Shown: piece by piece, positions 52,646 through 63,441 of the stretch | Layout of the letters: each line of letters begins with the position of its first letter | Numbering within the stretch: position 1 is the first letter of the stretch | NCBI GenBank assembly: GCA_044892525.1 | Contig: CM097885.1 | Span: 52,578,001-52,642,000, forward strand | From: Schmidtea polychroa | Lineage: Eukaryota | Length of the DNA: 64,000 nucleotides | Reading direction: 5' to 3' | Translations under genes and position numbers: made by a program | Notes under the pieces: model-generated | Databases searched by the model: none | What the model was told of the DNA's origin: nothing | What the model saw: the letters and a program-made list of their open reading frames with translations, nothing else

Positions 52646-53226
52646 TTTTAAATTTCGTTGGTAAAATATTTCTTATATATCAAATGGACTTGATTGTGGT
52701 GTTAGATAATCTCTGACGTAATATTTTAACTAATCACAATTTAAAGTCTATTTGCACATTTAATGTAAACATTTCAATTTTACAGCAAATAAAAATTATT
52801 GAAATTAAAATTAATAAAATAAATTCACAAAAAATAAAAAAGAAATTATTGAATTAAGCCGACAATGGGCTTTAGGTTATGAACTATTCTTTATACAATT
52901 CCTTTTTAACTCTGATTCCAATTTTCTTACATTTCTATTCGACTATTTCTGTTTTTTTTTTTGGATTTTTGTGAAAAGTTGTGGGTTAGGCTGAAAACTA
53001 ATTAGTAAAAAATTGGCACTTTTTGTGTTGTCGAAATAATTGAAATAAATATTTTAAAAAATGTAAAAACTGAAACGTTAAATATCATTGCAAGTTTGCT
53101 TGTCTTTTTATTATATGTATCGTGTTGAAATATCTAATTTTTCTTATAATCTATCTATCGATCATCTTGTTGCTTTTGAATAATAGTATAAACATAATTA
53201 TTTTTTCATTTTAATTATTTTCAACC

Positions 53227-53610
53227 ATGTCGGAAAAAGGTAAAATATGAATTTTATGTTTATTAATTTTTTTTTATTTAGCATATATAATCAACTTTTT
53301 GATTGAAAAATTAGAAGAAATATCTAATGTAAAAATTAGAGAATTTATGAATGTTTCAGAGAAATTAAAATGGCCGTATTCAGACGATGAAATTAATGAA
53401 GATGATATGTCATATGAATCTGAAAATATTTCCCAGCAAGAAGATGAATATACTGATTTGCCTAGTGAAGAACTTAAGTCATGTATTGAGAATTCTACAA
53501 CAAATAAATTACCAAATGAATCTAAACAAGAAGATGAATCTATTGTTTCTACTAATTGTATTGATCATATTGTTGAAAATATAATGAAAAGAGATTGTAT
53601 TGAAGATTAA
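53227..53610 (+). CDS. Small acidic Maverick protein, probably two exons
   Basis: ATGTCGGAAAAAG|GTAAA...TTAG|CATAT joins in frame to ORF 53299-53610; AATAAA follows the stop. Confidence 0.5.
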
Positions 53611-53682
53611 TAAATTTAAAACTTTAGTTATTTTCAATGATTTAAAAACACCAAAACACTAATAAAGATGTATTAAATAAAT

Positions 53683-54274
53683 TTAACATGAACAATGTTC
53701 CTCTTCAAACTTATCTTCAGCTTTTATAATTTTCCAAATTGGTTTGATTCGGTCTCTGCTTACATTATACCCTTGAATTAATATGGTAACCATGCAGGTT
53801 ATTTTGCTCATCTTACCACCATTGGAAATCATATCCAAATCGTTTCTAATGAACATATCTTCATCATCAAATTCAATATTTTCATTGATCCTCTGAAATA
53901 ATTGTCCCAATAGCATCTTGTCGTGAAACTTGATTTTGGAAAGTCTCACATTGTAGAAACATTTTTCCAGAGTTACTGGTTCCTAACAATAAATAATAAT
54001 AATAAAATCCAAAATAATTTATAAAAACTTACCTTAAATGTATAGGAAATTGGACAATACAAATAATTTAGTTTGTATTGCATGAATTCGACTGGCTTTT
54101 TTGTATCCACTCGAACATTGACCAAGGTTTCCGTGGATAATGTCGCTTCTTTAAATTTCCTTTTTCCGAATTCCTGAGCGGCATCTGCATTTTTTCTCTT
54201 CAAAACTCCTAGATTAAAAAACTAATAAATGGAATATGTGTAAACGACAACAAACCTGTAATTTGATTATCCAT
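53683..54274 (-). CDS. Three-exon Maverick accessory gene (54274-54256, 54208-54033, 53982-53683)
   Basis: GT-AG introns join ORFs 53973-54203 and 53683-53949 into one ~164-aa frame. Confidence 0.6.
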
Positions 54275-54476
54275 TTGTAGTTATAATATTTAATAATTTG
54301 AACCAGATATTTTATACTAATTTCATTGTAAACACGTTTCAAGTGAAAGGCATGATCAAAACGTGATCAACTAGTTCATTTTATGCTAAATAACAAAGTC
54401 TGAAATGATTTATTGTACACAAAGAAATATTATAGGTTAATTAAGGTTATCACAAAACAAATATAATTATATTTTA

Positions 54477-54863
54477 TTACAACAATACATTTTTTCGCAA
54501 TTCCACAAGTAATGCATGAATTATTTCTCGTTTCTGTAGATTTACAAAACATGTACAACTATCATCCCCACAAGTATTCTGCATATTATTTTTACAAAAA
54601 TCACAATTTTCAACATCATCGGTATAACATGTAATCGTAGCATGATCCATATGAATTAAATCTATTACATTTATTCCAGTTATTTCATAAATTTTGTAAA
54701 ACACAACTTCTGGAGCACAATACATTAAGGAATTGTTCAAATTCGGATAAAAATCTTCAATTTTATCAATCAAAATTTTTAGTATAGTTTCTAAACAAAA
54801 ATCAGTAAATTTAAAATAAAAACAGTTACCTTCATGTTCAATCATTGTTGAATAAATATTCAA
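54477..54863 (-). CDS. Cys-rich Maverick accessory protein
   Basis: Intact ORF overlapping the end of the TBP-like gene; HMDH..C..CDFC..C..CTC. Confidence 0.5.
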   Translation of the reverse strand: MNIYSTMIEHEGNCFYFKFTDFCLETILKILIDKIEDFYPNLNNSLMYCAPEVVFYKIYEITGINVIDLIHMDHATITCYTDDVENCDFCKNNMQNTCGDDSCTCFVNLQKREIIHALLVELRKNVLL

Positions 54864-55350
54864 GAAAATCCTCGTTACTTATATTTGAAGAAATTGTTAA
54901 AGATCCAATCAAATCCTTTACATCGTTTATAATTCCTTCAACAATAGTATGAAAATTTAAATTTTTAATATCTAGTACAACTATTTTACCACTCGAAAAT
55001 ATATTTACACATAGTGGATTATATTTTGTATAACGCAGAGCGGGAAATAATTCAGGCTCATATATACAATCTCCATCTAATAACTTTGCTAAATTATTCA
55101 AATTAATAGATTGTTCAACCTTGGTAGCTATAGTAAGACTTTGAACTTGAATATCTTTGATATTATATTGCAAATTCTCGAATTCGATAGGCTTCTTACA
55201 ACCCATTATACGACATTTACCATTTTTGAAAAATATAATAGTATATTTTCCAGTTTTGTCAACATATTGTTGTGGTTTACACTTGGGGAAATTCATCATA
55301 CCAACAGTTTCCAAAGACACACGACCTCTATAATTAATATTTGTCAACAT
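54838..55350 (-). CDS. TATA-binding-protein-like protein (170 aa) in Maverick 2
   Basis: Two TBP repeats: TIIFFKNGKCRIMGCK and INLNNLA..YEPELFPALRY..VNIFSSGKIVV. Confidence 0.85.
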   Translation of the reverse strand: MLTNINYRGRVSLETVGMMNFPKCKPQQYVDKTGKYTIIFFKNGKCRIMGCKKPIEFENLQYNIKDIQVQSLTIATKVEQSINLNNLAKLLDGDCIYEPELFPALRYTKYNPLCVNIFSSGKIVVLDIKNLNFHTIVEGIINDVKDLIGSLTISSNISNEDFLEYLFNND

Positions 55351-55479
55351 TTCTACTGAATATTTATAAAAATCAAGTATATATATATATATATATATAT
55401 ATATGTTATATTATAGAGTAATTAAATCAATTTATTCTTTACGATATAAACAAAATTAATTTTTAAATAAATATTAAAA

Positions 55480-56106
55480 ATGGAACTAAGAAATGATGCT
55501 GTATATCAAATAGTCGGACCAAGTGGTAGCGGCAAAACTTTGTTTGTTTGCAAATTACTAAAATCACATTTATTTAAATCAAAATTTAACAAAATTTATT
55601 GGCATCGAGGTGCTGATCAAGAACACAGATTGACTCAATCAAGTTTCTGTAAATTGAAAAATATGAAAATAGTAGAGGGATTTGATAAAAATTGGTCCAG
55701 TAGACTAAAGAAAGGGGATGTCATAATTATTGATGACTTGTATCAAGAAGCTAATAAAGAAAAGAATTTCAATAATTTATTTACCAAAATCAGTAGACAC
55801 GTTGGTGTAACTGTTATTTTTATAACTCAAAATCTATTTCATCAAGGTGGTGCACATCGAACACGTAATTTAAATGTACAATATTTAGTTATTTTCAAGA
55901 ATCCTAGAGATGTAACAGTGATTGATTTTCTTGCACGTCAAGCATACCCTAACAATCGTAATTTTCTTATCAGTGCATTTCAAGATGCTACAAAAATACC
56001 TCATGGATATATATTTCTTGATTTCACACAACAATGTCCCGATGATTTACGAGTAAAAACAGATATTTTCAACCCAAAAGATGCCATGGTTTATAAACAA
56101 AGTTGA
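55480..56106 (+). CDS. Maverick packaging ATPase
   Basis: GPSGSGKT, IIIDD, FTKISRH, ITQNLF, FKNPRD. Confidence 0.92.
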   Translation: MELRNDAVYQIVGPSGSGKTLFVCKLLKSHLFKSKFNKIYWHRGADQEHRLTQSSFCKLKNMKIVEGFDKNWSSRLKKGDVIIIDDLYQEANKEKNFNNLFTKISRHVGVTVIFITQNLFHQGGAHRTRNLNVQYLVIFKNPRDVTVIDFLARQAYPNNRNFLISAFQDATKIPHGYIFLDFTQQCPDDLRVKTDIFNPKDAMVYKQS

Positions 56107-56124
56107 AAACCTCTATGAATAATA

Positions 56125-56652
56125 ATGTTTCTAAAAGCAAGGGTGAAAAATATTAGGAAATTAAGAAAAAGTATTAAAAAGAGTATTAAAGTTCCAAAAG
56201 TTCCACCAACAACTAGTTATACACCATCTAAAAAACTTGTAACTGAAAATTTCTCTGCAATGAATCTTATTTCGAAAAATCCTAAACCTAAACGTGAAAC
56301 CCGTAAAACCCGTAAAGCCGGTAAAAATGTAATTAAAAATCATCGCAGTTTTCCATTTTTTAATGCATTGTTAAAGGCCCCGAGTATGAAAAGAATGAAT
56401 ATATTGCAATCATTCCCAAATTTTGTTGTCGATGATTTACTCAATATTATACTTAAAGTAGTCAAAGGCAAAATTAAAATCAGTAAATCAAAAAAGCATT
56501 TATTGAGCAAACATAGGAAACCTTTGTTATCATTAGTAAATAATAAAAATCGTAAGCAAATGAGGAAAATTATATATAAACAACAAGGTGGATTTATTGG
56601 TGCATTGATCTCTCTGGCATTATCATTATTAGGTGGAGTTACACAGTCATAA
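56125..56652 (+). CDS. Basic Maverick virion/core protein (PM-like)
   Basis: Lys/Arg-rich, with a C-terminal QQGG-FIGALISLALSLLG motif. Confidence 0.7.
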   Translation: MFLKARVKNIRKLRKSIKKSIKVPKVPPTTSYTPSKKLVTENFSAMNLISKNPKPKRETRKTRKAGKNVIKNHRSFPFFNALLKAPSMKRMNILQSFPNFVVDDLLNIILKVVKGKIKISKSKKHLLSKHRKPLLSLVNNKNRKQMRKIIYKQQGGFIGALISLALSLLGGVTQS

Positions 56653-56713
56653 ACAATGGGTGCTAATCCTTCATTGCCCGACATTAAATTTAATTTTAAA
56701 TCTTCTTGCTGTA

Positions 56714-57101
56714 ATGGAGAAGATTTGGACGAACCCAGAAGACGAAGCCGGTTTCGGTGGAGTGGCAAAATTAAACAAAAGAGTTCCGAATTTGAAAAAA
56801 GAAACCCAGAAGTGGTTATCAGATCAGCTTGCGTACAGTTTGAACAAACCAATGCGGAAAAGATTTCCAACAAGAGCCTATAAAACATTTGGTATTGACG
56901 ATTTATGGCAAATGGATTTGATGGAGATGATACCCTATTCGAAAATTAACAATGGGAATAAATATATTTTAACATGTATTAATGTATACAGCAGGTTTGC
57001 ACGAGCAATACCAGTCAAGGCAAAATCTGCAGATGAAATGTCCAAGGCAATTAATATTTTATTTAAAGATGGACATCCTAATAACTTGCAAACAGATTTA
57101 G

Positions 57102-57173
<72 letters not shown>

Positions 57174-57800
57174 GGTAAAGAATTCTACAATAGCAAAGTT
57201 AAGCAAGTCCTCGATAAACTGAAAATAAATCACTACTCGGTACATTCTCAATACAAAGCTGCCCATGTTGAAAGATTTACTCGAACATTGAGAGATAGAT
57301 TAAAGAAATTGTTCGTGCATCAAGGTAATAAAAAATGGGTAAATGCTTTACCGAAAATAATAACAAGTTATAATCATTCATCACATCGAGGACTGAATGG
57401 ATTAAGACCGGTTGATATTACATCAAAAACATTCTATTCTAAGAAATCTGTAAAAATTGCAAAACCTAAATATAAAGTCGGTGATCATGTTAGAATTAGT
57501 AAAATTAGTGCATCACCATTTATTAAAAATTTTGATACAAATTGGAGTGATGAAGTCTTTGTAATTTCAAAAATAAATACTAAACAGAATCCTGTAATGT
57601 ATGTCGTCAAAGACAGTGATAATAATATTGTACAAGGGAAATTTTATGAGCAGGAATTACAAGTCATTCCTCCTCCAAAAGTATTTAGAATTCAAAAAAT
57701 ATTGAAAACTAAAAAGCTAGGCAAGGATAAACAATACTATGTCAAATGGCATGGTTATCAAAACCCGTCATGGATATCAGCAAAAGACCTAGTAAAGTGA
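56714..57800 (+). CDS. Maverick rve integrase with C-terminal chromodomain; intron 57102-57174
   Basis: WQMDL, TDLG|KEF (rejoined), VERFTRTLR, YYVKWHGY. Confidence 0.88.
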
Positions 57801-58805
57801 ATTTTTATACTATTTTACCGAGCAATAGTTGCCCATCCAGACAATCAAGCCAGTAAATTTATGGTCAATCTCCAGAATCCGATTTCTTTAAATGGTGACT
57901 GGGAAGTTGCACTGCAAGATTTTACATTCGTGTACAACACATTCCCATTTTATAGTCAATGTAAGATTGATTTCAAAAGGAATATTGTGAAAACATGTAG
58001 CGGTATCTTTATTATCAGTAATTATGATAAAACATATCATATTCCGAATCAAATATTAGATTCGCATTGCTATATATTTTACAAGGATGGATTAAATATC
58101 AGTCGTGATTTTAAACCATTTACAATAACATTCGAAACTATTGAAGATGCCAAACGAATGGGTTGCAATAAGTTGAAAAATATTGTTACGGAGACCGAGT
58201 ATTTATTACGTTTTAATCTATTTGAAGCAAACAGTATAGTGAAAGAAGAAATCAAAATATCTGTGTCGTATAATGATGAAGTTGAAGAATCATTCACCTT
58301 TGCTGATGAATTATATTTTGATAAACTTGATGTATTACTAAAATATTTAAAGTTCAATTGTTCACACATATTTAAAAATTTGGAAATTGTGAAAGATTTG
58401 ATGTTTACCTTCAGTTTGAATGAGGATATTTGCGAAGTTACATTTGATAAAAATTTGGCAAATTCACTTGGATTAGATAAGCAAAAATATCGAGAAAAAT
58501 CGACTGGTATACGCAAACCAAGAATACTAGAACATCATCAACAAATGTTCATATATACTAACATTATCCAACCCATAATTGTTGGTGATTCCAGTGTTCC
58601 TCTTTTGAAATCGGTATGGATTGGCAAATATGAACATGATGAATTTGTCAATATAAATATCGATAATCCCATGTATTTACCAATAGCAAGTTCATGTATA
58701 AACAATATAGAAATAAATATTCGTGATGATAGTGGAAAAATTATAAACTTTCCAAAAGGTTCAAAAAATCATTTGACATTACATTTTCGTAAAGTAGATG
58801 GCTAA
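57797..58805 (+). CDS. Maverick minor capsid protein (penton); N-terminus appears frameshifted
   Basis: FYTILPSNS at 57803 is out of frame with HPDNQAS..LNGDWEVAL..YTNIIQPIIVGD..PLL..YLP..IRDDSG..LTLHFRK. Confidence 0.85.
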
Positions 58806-59166
58806 TTCTGATATTATTAGTATGTATAGTGATAGCCAATCTGGCGGTGAATTACCATATTTTATTGGTAAACAGTACGGATCGGGATGGTTGAGAACAA
58901 TTGGTAGATTTGCATTGCCTATTCTTAAACGTATTGGTAGTTTTGGTATGAAAACTGCAAAAGATGTTATTATGAATGAACAGAAAATATTACCATCTCT
59001 AAAATCAAATGCTTTAGCTGAATTAGGGAAAGTTTTACCAGGGGTTGCAGGTATGTTTCAAAAAGAAAAACCTCCAGCTCCAGCTCCAGCTCCAAAACGT
59101 AAAAGACATGGAATATCACGTATAAACAAACGAATGAAAGGACATGGAACTATATTTGCAAAATGA
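58798..59166 (+). CDS. Maverick core protein (PW/pVII-like)
   Basis: QSGG..QYGSGWLRTIGRFALPILK, basic tail. Confidence 0.75.
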   Translation: MANSDIISMYSDSQSGGELPYFIGKQYGSGWLRTIGRFALPILKRIGSFGMKTAKDVIMNEQKILPSLKSNALAELGKVLPGVAGMFQKEKPPAPAPAPKRKRHGISRINKRMKGHGTIFAK

Positions 59167-60386
59167 TTTGTGGTAAATCTGAATTATGCATATTTGATAG
59201 ACCATCGCCCCAGGCTGTAATAGAATTTGGGGCATTTGAGGAAGTTTTTCCTATGAATTCAATTACCGATAGTAGAAATGATATAGAATTTTACATCAAT
59301 GGTTCTCAAACAGAATATTTAGATTTGAATGATACTTTATTGACTGTTCAAATCAAGGTTATAGATAAAGATAAAAAGGCTTTGGGTGATGCTGATGCTA
59401 CAATACCTAATAATTTTTTGTTTCATACACTTTTTAAAGATGCTATTCTTGGATTTAATAATATCAAGATTGAAGGTGGCAACAATACATATATCCACAA
59501 GGCGATAATAGAAACTATTTTAAATTATAATACCGACACCAAAAATACATGTCTTACTCCTATGGGTTATGCAGCAAGTGATGACGAACGGAAAAAATGG
59601 ATTAAAGGCTCAAAGATTTTTACCATGTGTTCATCATTACAACTCGATTTTATGGATCAACCAAAATATTTACTTCCAGGAGTCAATGTACACATTAGAC
59701 TGAAAAGAACCGATTCTTCTTTATCATTAACTAGTGGTGCTGGTCAACCAATATGTCAATTAGTTGATGCAAAATTACTAGTAAGAAGAGTTCGAGTTGA
59801 TCCGTCGGTATTAGCAGGTCATCAGTTGGGTCTTAATTCTAAGCATGCAATCTATCCTCTGAAAACAAAAGAAATTGTTTCATTTGCAATAGACAAAGGT
59901 GCTTCTTCCTTCTATAAGGAGCAAATATTTGGAGATAGAAGAATGCCAAACTTTATTCTGGTAACATTTCAAGGTGAAGCACAATATAATGGTTCATATA
60001 GTGCCTCCAGCTCAATTTTCAAAACCTTTGGTGTTACATCTCTAACTTTGTCGAAAAATACTGATTATCGAGAAACATATACTCAAGATTTCGATAGTGA
60101 CAATTACTGTGCTACATATATGCAGAGTATTGTTAGAAATATGGGATATTTAGATAAAAATTTGAATTGCGGCATAACTCTTGAAGAATTCAAATCCAAA
60201 TATCCATTCTTTACATTTGTTTTGGCCCCAGATTTTGATTTGAATCAGAGTCAATTACCTCAAAATGGAAATTTACGATTAGATATAAAGTTTGCAAAAG
60301 CTATTACAGAACCTGTGCATGTTATAATATATGGAGTATTTGAAAATGAAGTTCAAATTACTACAAATAGAACCGTTCTGGTATAA
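59163..60386 (+). CDS. Maverick major capsid protein (double jelly-roll)
   Basis: KSELCIF, YLDLNDT, NNFLFHTLF, QPKYLLPGV, GNLRLDIKF. Confidence 0.92.
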   Translation: MICGKSELCIFDRPSPQAVIEFGAFEEVFPMNSITDSRNDIEFYINGSQTEYLDLNDTLLTVQIKVIDKDKKALGDADATIPNNFLFHTLFKDAILGFNNIKIEGGNNTYIHKAIIETILNYNTDTKNTCLTPMGYAASDDERKKWIKGSKIFTMCSSLQLDFMDQPKYLLPGVNVHIRLKRTDSSLSLTSGAGQPICQLVDAKLLVRRVRVDPSVLAGHQLGLNSKHAIYPLKTKEIVSFAIDKGASSFYKEQIFGDRRMPNFILVTFQGEAQYNGSYSASSSIFKTFGVTSLTLSKNTDYRETYTQDFDSDNYCATYMQSIVRNMGYLDKNLNCGITLEEFKSKYPFFTFVLAPDFDLNQSQLPQNGNLRLDIKFAKAITEPVHVIIYGVFENEVQITTNRTVLV

Positions 60387-60790
60387 ATGTATACAGAAAT
60401 ACAGAAAGTTGTCATAGAGTAAGTTGTTTTTTATACTGTTTAATTTATTAAAATAGTTCTGTTCAGGTTAATCGAATTGGAAAACAAATATTAGGAAATG
60501 AATTTTTAGGAGTTTTTCCTCTCGATAAAATACCATTTTTGAAAAATAATCAAGCCATAATCGTCAATACCCATTCATCTCATCTCGGCGGAGAGCATTG
60601 GATTGCAATCTATATGAAACCAGATAAGATACATGTATTCGATCCTATGGGTTTCTATTATCCTGCTTTATTGGTTTCGAAACTACAAACGATGGGCAAA
60701 CCTATTGTATATAATAAAACAATGTATCAACACCCTATAACTCGTACGTGCGGACAACATTGTTTAGGATGGCTTATGTCTATTAAATAA
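60387..60790 (+). CDS. Adenain-like protease of Maverick 2; probable 38-nt intron 60419-60456
   Basis: FLGVFPLD, VNT..GEHWIA, FDPMG, YQ..TCGQHC. GA|GTAAGT..ATAG|T restores the frame. Confidence 0.85.
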
Positions 60791-61660
60791 TAAATGTTTT
60801 TATAAAAATGTGGTTTTATTATTTTATAATTATTATTATTATTGTTGGGCTGAGCCGAAAGATAGCTGGGAAATCAGGTTAAACTTAACTAAAGAAAAAT
60901 AAAAAATAAAATAAATAGATCGAGGAATAAAATAGAATAGAACATAAGAAAAGTAATAATTAGAAAATAAGAATTAAAACAAAAAATATAAAAATAAGAA
61001 CAATTAAATAGGACAATAGAATGACGAAAAATAACGTAAAAGGTAGTAGATAATAAGGAAATTAAGGAAAATAAATAAAAACATAATTTTAATAAAGAAA
61101 ATAAGAAGAAATAACCCAAAAACAAGGAAAATAAATTAAATGAATAAAATAAGGCGGTACTCAATTCTGATTGGTCCGCATAAACAAAAAATACCTATAT
61201 AAGTAAGCAGCAAATTCACTATAATCAATGTTAAAATCAAACCAATTATAGGTAAGAATAGTATTAACTATATGAAATCAAGGTTAAAATCAAACCAATT
61301 ATAGGTACTCGTCAATCAGGAAAACCAAACCATACTCAGACAACTATTAGGGACAGTTCTATAGACTACTCATTCATATAACCGATTGGATCAGTTTATA
61401 TTTCGGCTCAGCCTTTGGAACTACAGAATTTTTCAAATAATAAAGTAAGGATGTATTACTATTATGAAATTTGTTTTTGAAGGATTTAAATATTTCTATT
61501 ATATTAACCTAACTTTTGAATAAAAACTTCTCCATTCGGTTTCGATCTTTTAACGATTTTATGGTTCATAAATTAATTTACAGGTCAATGAATTATAAAT
61601 ATTTATGTTATGTTTTGTCATCAAATGTATTGATTATGCTAAAATTATTTGTTTTGAGAA

Positions 61661-61790
61661 ACGTGGAGTTGAGGAGACCCACGCCATGGTATGAGGAGCC
61701 TTCGGGAGCTCAGCCGGCGGGTGTGGATCTCTTCAATCACGCAGCTGACGTGGGCCGGAATGTGGGGGCTTCCTCACGGGTCCGTCGCTG
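61661..61790 (+). ncRNA. Conserved structured RNA element, copy 2
   Basis: Covarying hairpins relative to 30381-30510. Confidence 0.6.
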
Positions 61791-63441
61791 AGGGAAATAA
61801 AATGCTGCAAGCACGAGTTTAAAGTGTAGAGGAATATATTCCAATATTGAAAAGTAGAGCAAATCTGAATTGAAAATGACTGAGGTGGCTACAAACTCTT
61901 CCAAGTATGAGAATCTCATTTTCTTAGGTACTATACTTTGAAATTTTCGTCTAACATCATGAATTAGTCTAGATCGACTATTCACTCCCATGATACTCTA
62001 TCATCTTGCGATAAATCCCCTTTTCGTCAAAATTCCTGTCAATTTTCATCTTAACTGATAGAACCCAAGAGCTAATACATTCACTCTGATGTTATGCAGT
62101 AGTATAGGAAGTATATATGGAAGATCACTGAACGCTTTTATTTACTAAAAATATATTTGGAGGAGTACGTTATGGTTTTTATCAAAAGCGCCTTAACTCT
62201 TTCTGAAATCCCCAATAGCCGTAATCTGAAGTCCATTCAGTAAAAGACCCTCTGGCCTCATAACACAGTAAACATACAAGGAGAATTTACAAAAGTATTT
62301 AATTGAAAAGATAAAATTTCGTAAAAAAAATCATTTATTTTCATTAAAAAATTATAATTCTGAGTTACCAGTAGTAGGAGCATAATAATCATTTCGGGAA
62401 GTTACCCTTGATAGATGTCGCCAAGATGAGGAAGGACTTGAGCGAGTTGATAAAATCTCCACCGGACAGGATATTCTGATGTAAAGCGAGAGAGGCAGTA
62501 TAATAAAAAATTTTTTCAAATTTTCGTGTTTGCTGAGAACTAAACAGTAGATTCGTATCGGAGCTGAATGATTAAATTCCAAAAATCGATGTAATCCAAG
62601 TTCGGCAGCATAGATAAAATATGAACATGTACAGTGAGAAGGTATAGTCTGTCTGTAAGTATGCAGTGAATGAGATTGAGCAATCACCTGCAGGTAGAAT
62701 CACATGTACAATAGCGAACAATTGCATATGGCTTAGTCGATGTGATACTCATGCTGCCGGTACGGTAGTAGTGAATTCACAATTTAATCATAGATAATGA
62801 GAAAGTCGAATCCCATTGCACACACATGGTGAACACCAACTTTTCTGAGAGATCTGAACACTAAGCCAGTTGACGAGGAGGCATGCAACAGATGGTTTGC
62901 ATCATACGTGTCATACAACTAGAATAGAAATTAGACTAGTCTAACTTATCGGCAGTGTGATTGATCAAACAGAGCAAAGTCCATTTGACTGTAAAGTTTT
63001 TTGTAATCGCACGCATTTACAATTAACTCAAATTAGAATATTATAATCACGAATAAACTCAAATCTTTTAATTAATTTATTATCCCGATGTATTGCACCT
63101 GTCTGAATTATTTTGCTGATAGTAAAGTCGAATCTGGTCACGCTCATGTATTGACAAGTTTTCTTAATCCGCAATAAAATTATCATGTTGGGCAAAAGGG
63201 GGGGGGGAGAATTAATTTGTTAACCCGTAAACCTATAATCACTTTACGGATGTAATATCGATCAACAGGAAGTTTCGCTAACAGTCATTCCGTTTTCTTC
63301 TTGTCGGTCATTTCAACCCATGAGTGTAATGTAGGGAATTTATGAGCCTTAATAAATAATTACGCTACTCTGATGGATTAGTAGAGCTAGCCAATTTTCG
63401 TCTTATCTCTATTATTCTTTCTTCATTATAGCTATCAAAAG

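Larger units (their letters stand above)
51143..60800. mobile_element. Maverick/Polinton element 2; right part interrupted or outside window
   Basis: AGTAGTAGTAGG start followed by AAGGTCA subterminal repeats; ATPase-core-integrase-penton-core-MCP-protease cluster. Confidence 0.85.

Noticed and set aside
56340..56888. Antisense or overlapping ORFs on Maverick genes (also 1178-1483, 3708-4067, 58079-58516)
   Set aside because: Shadows of well-supported genes on the other strand or frame.
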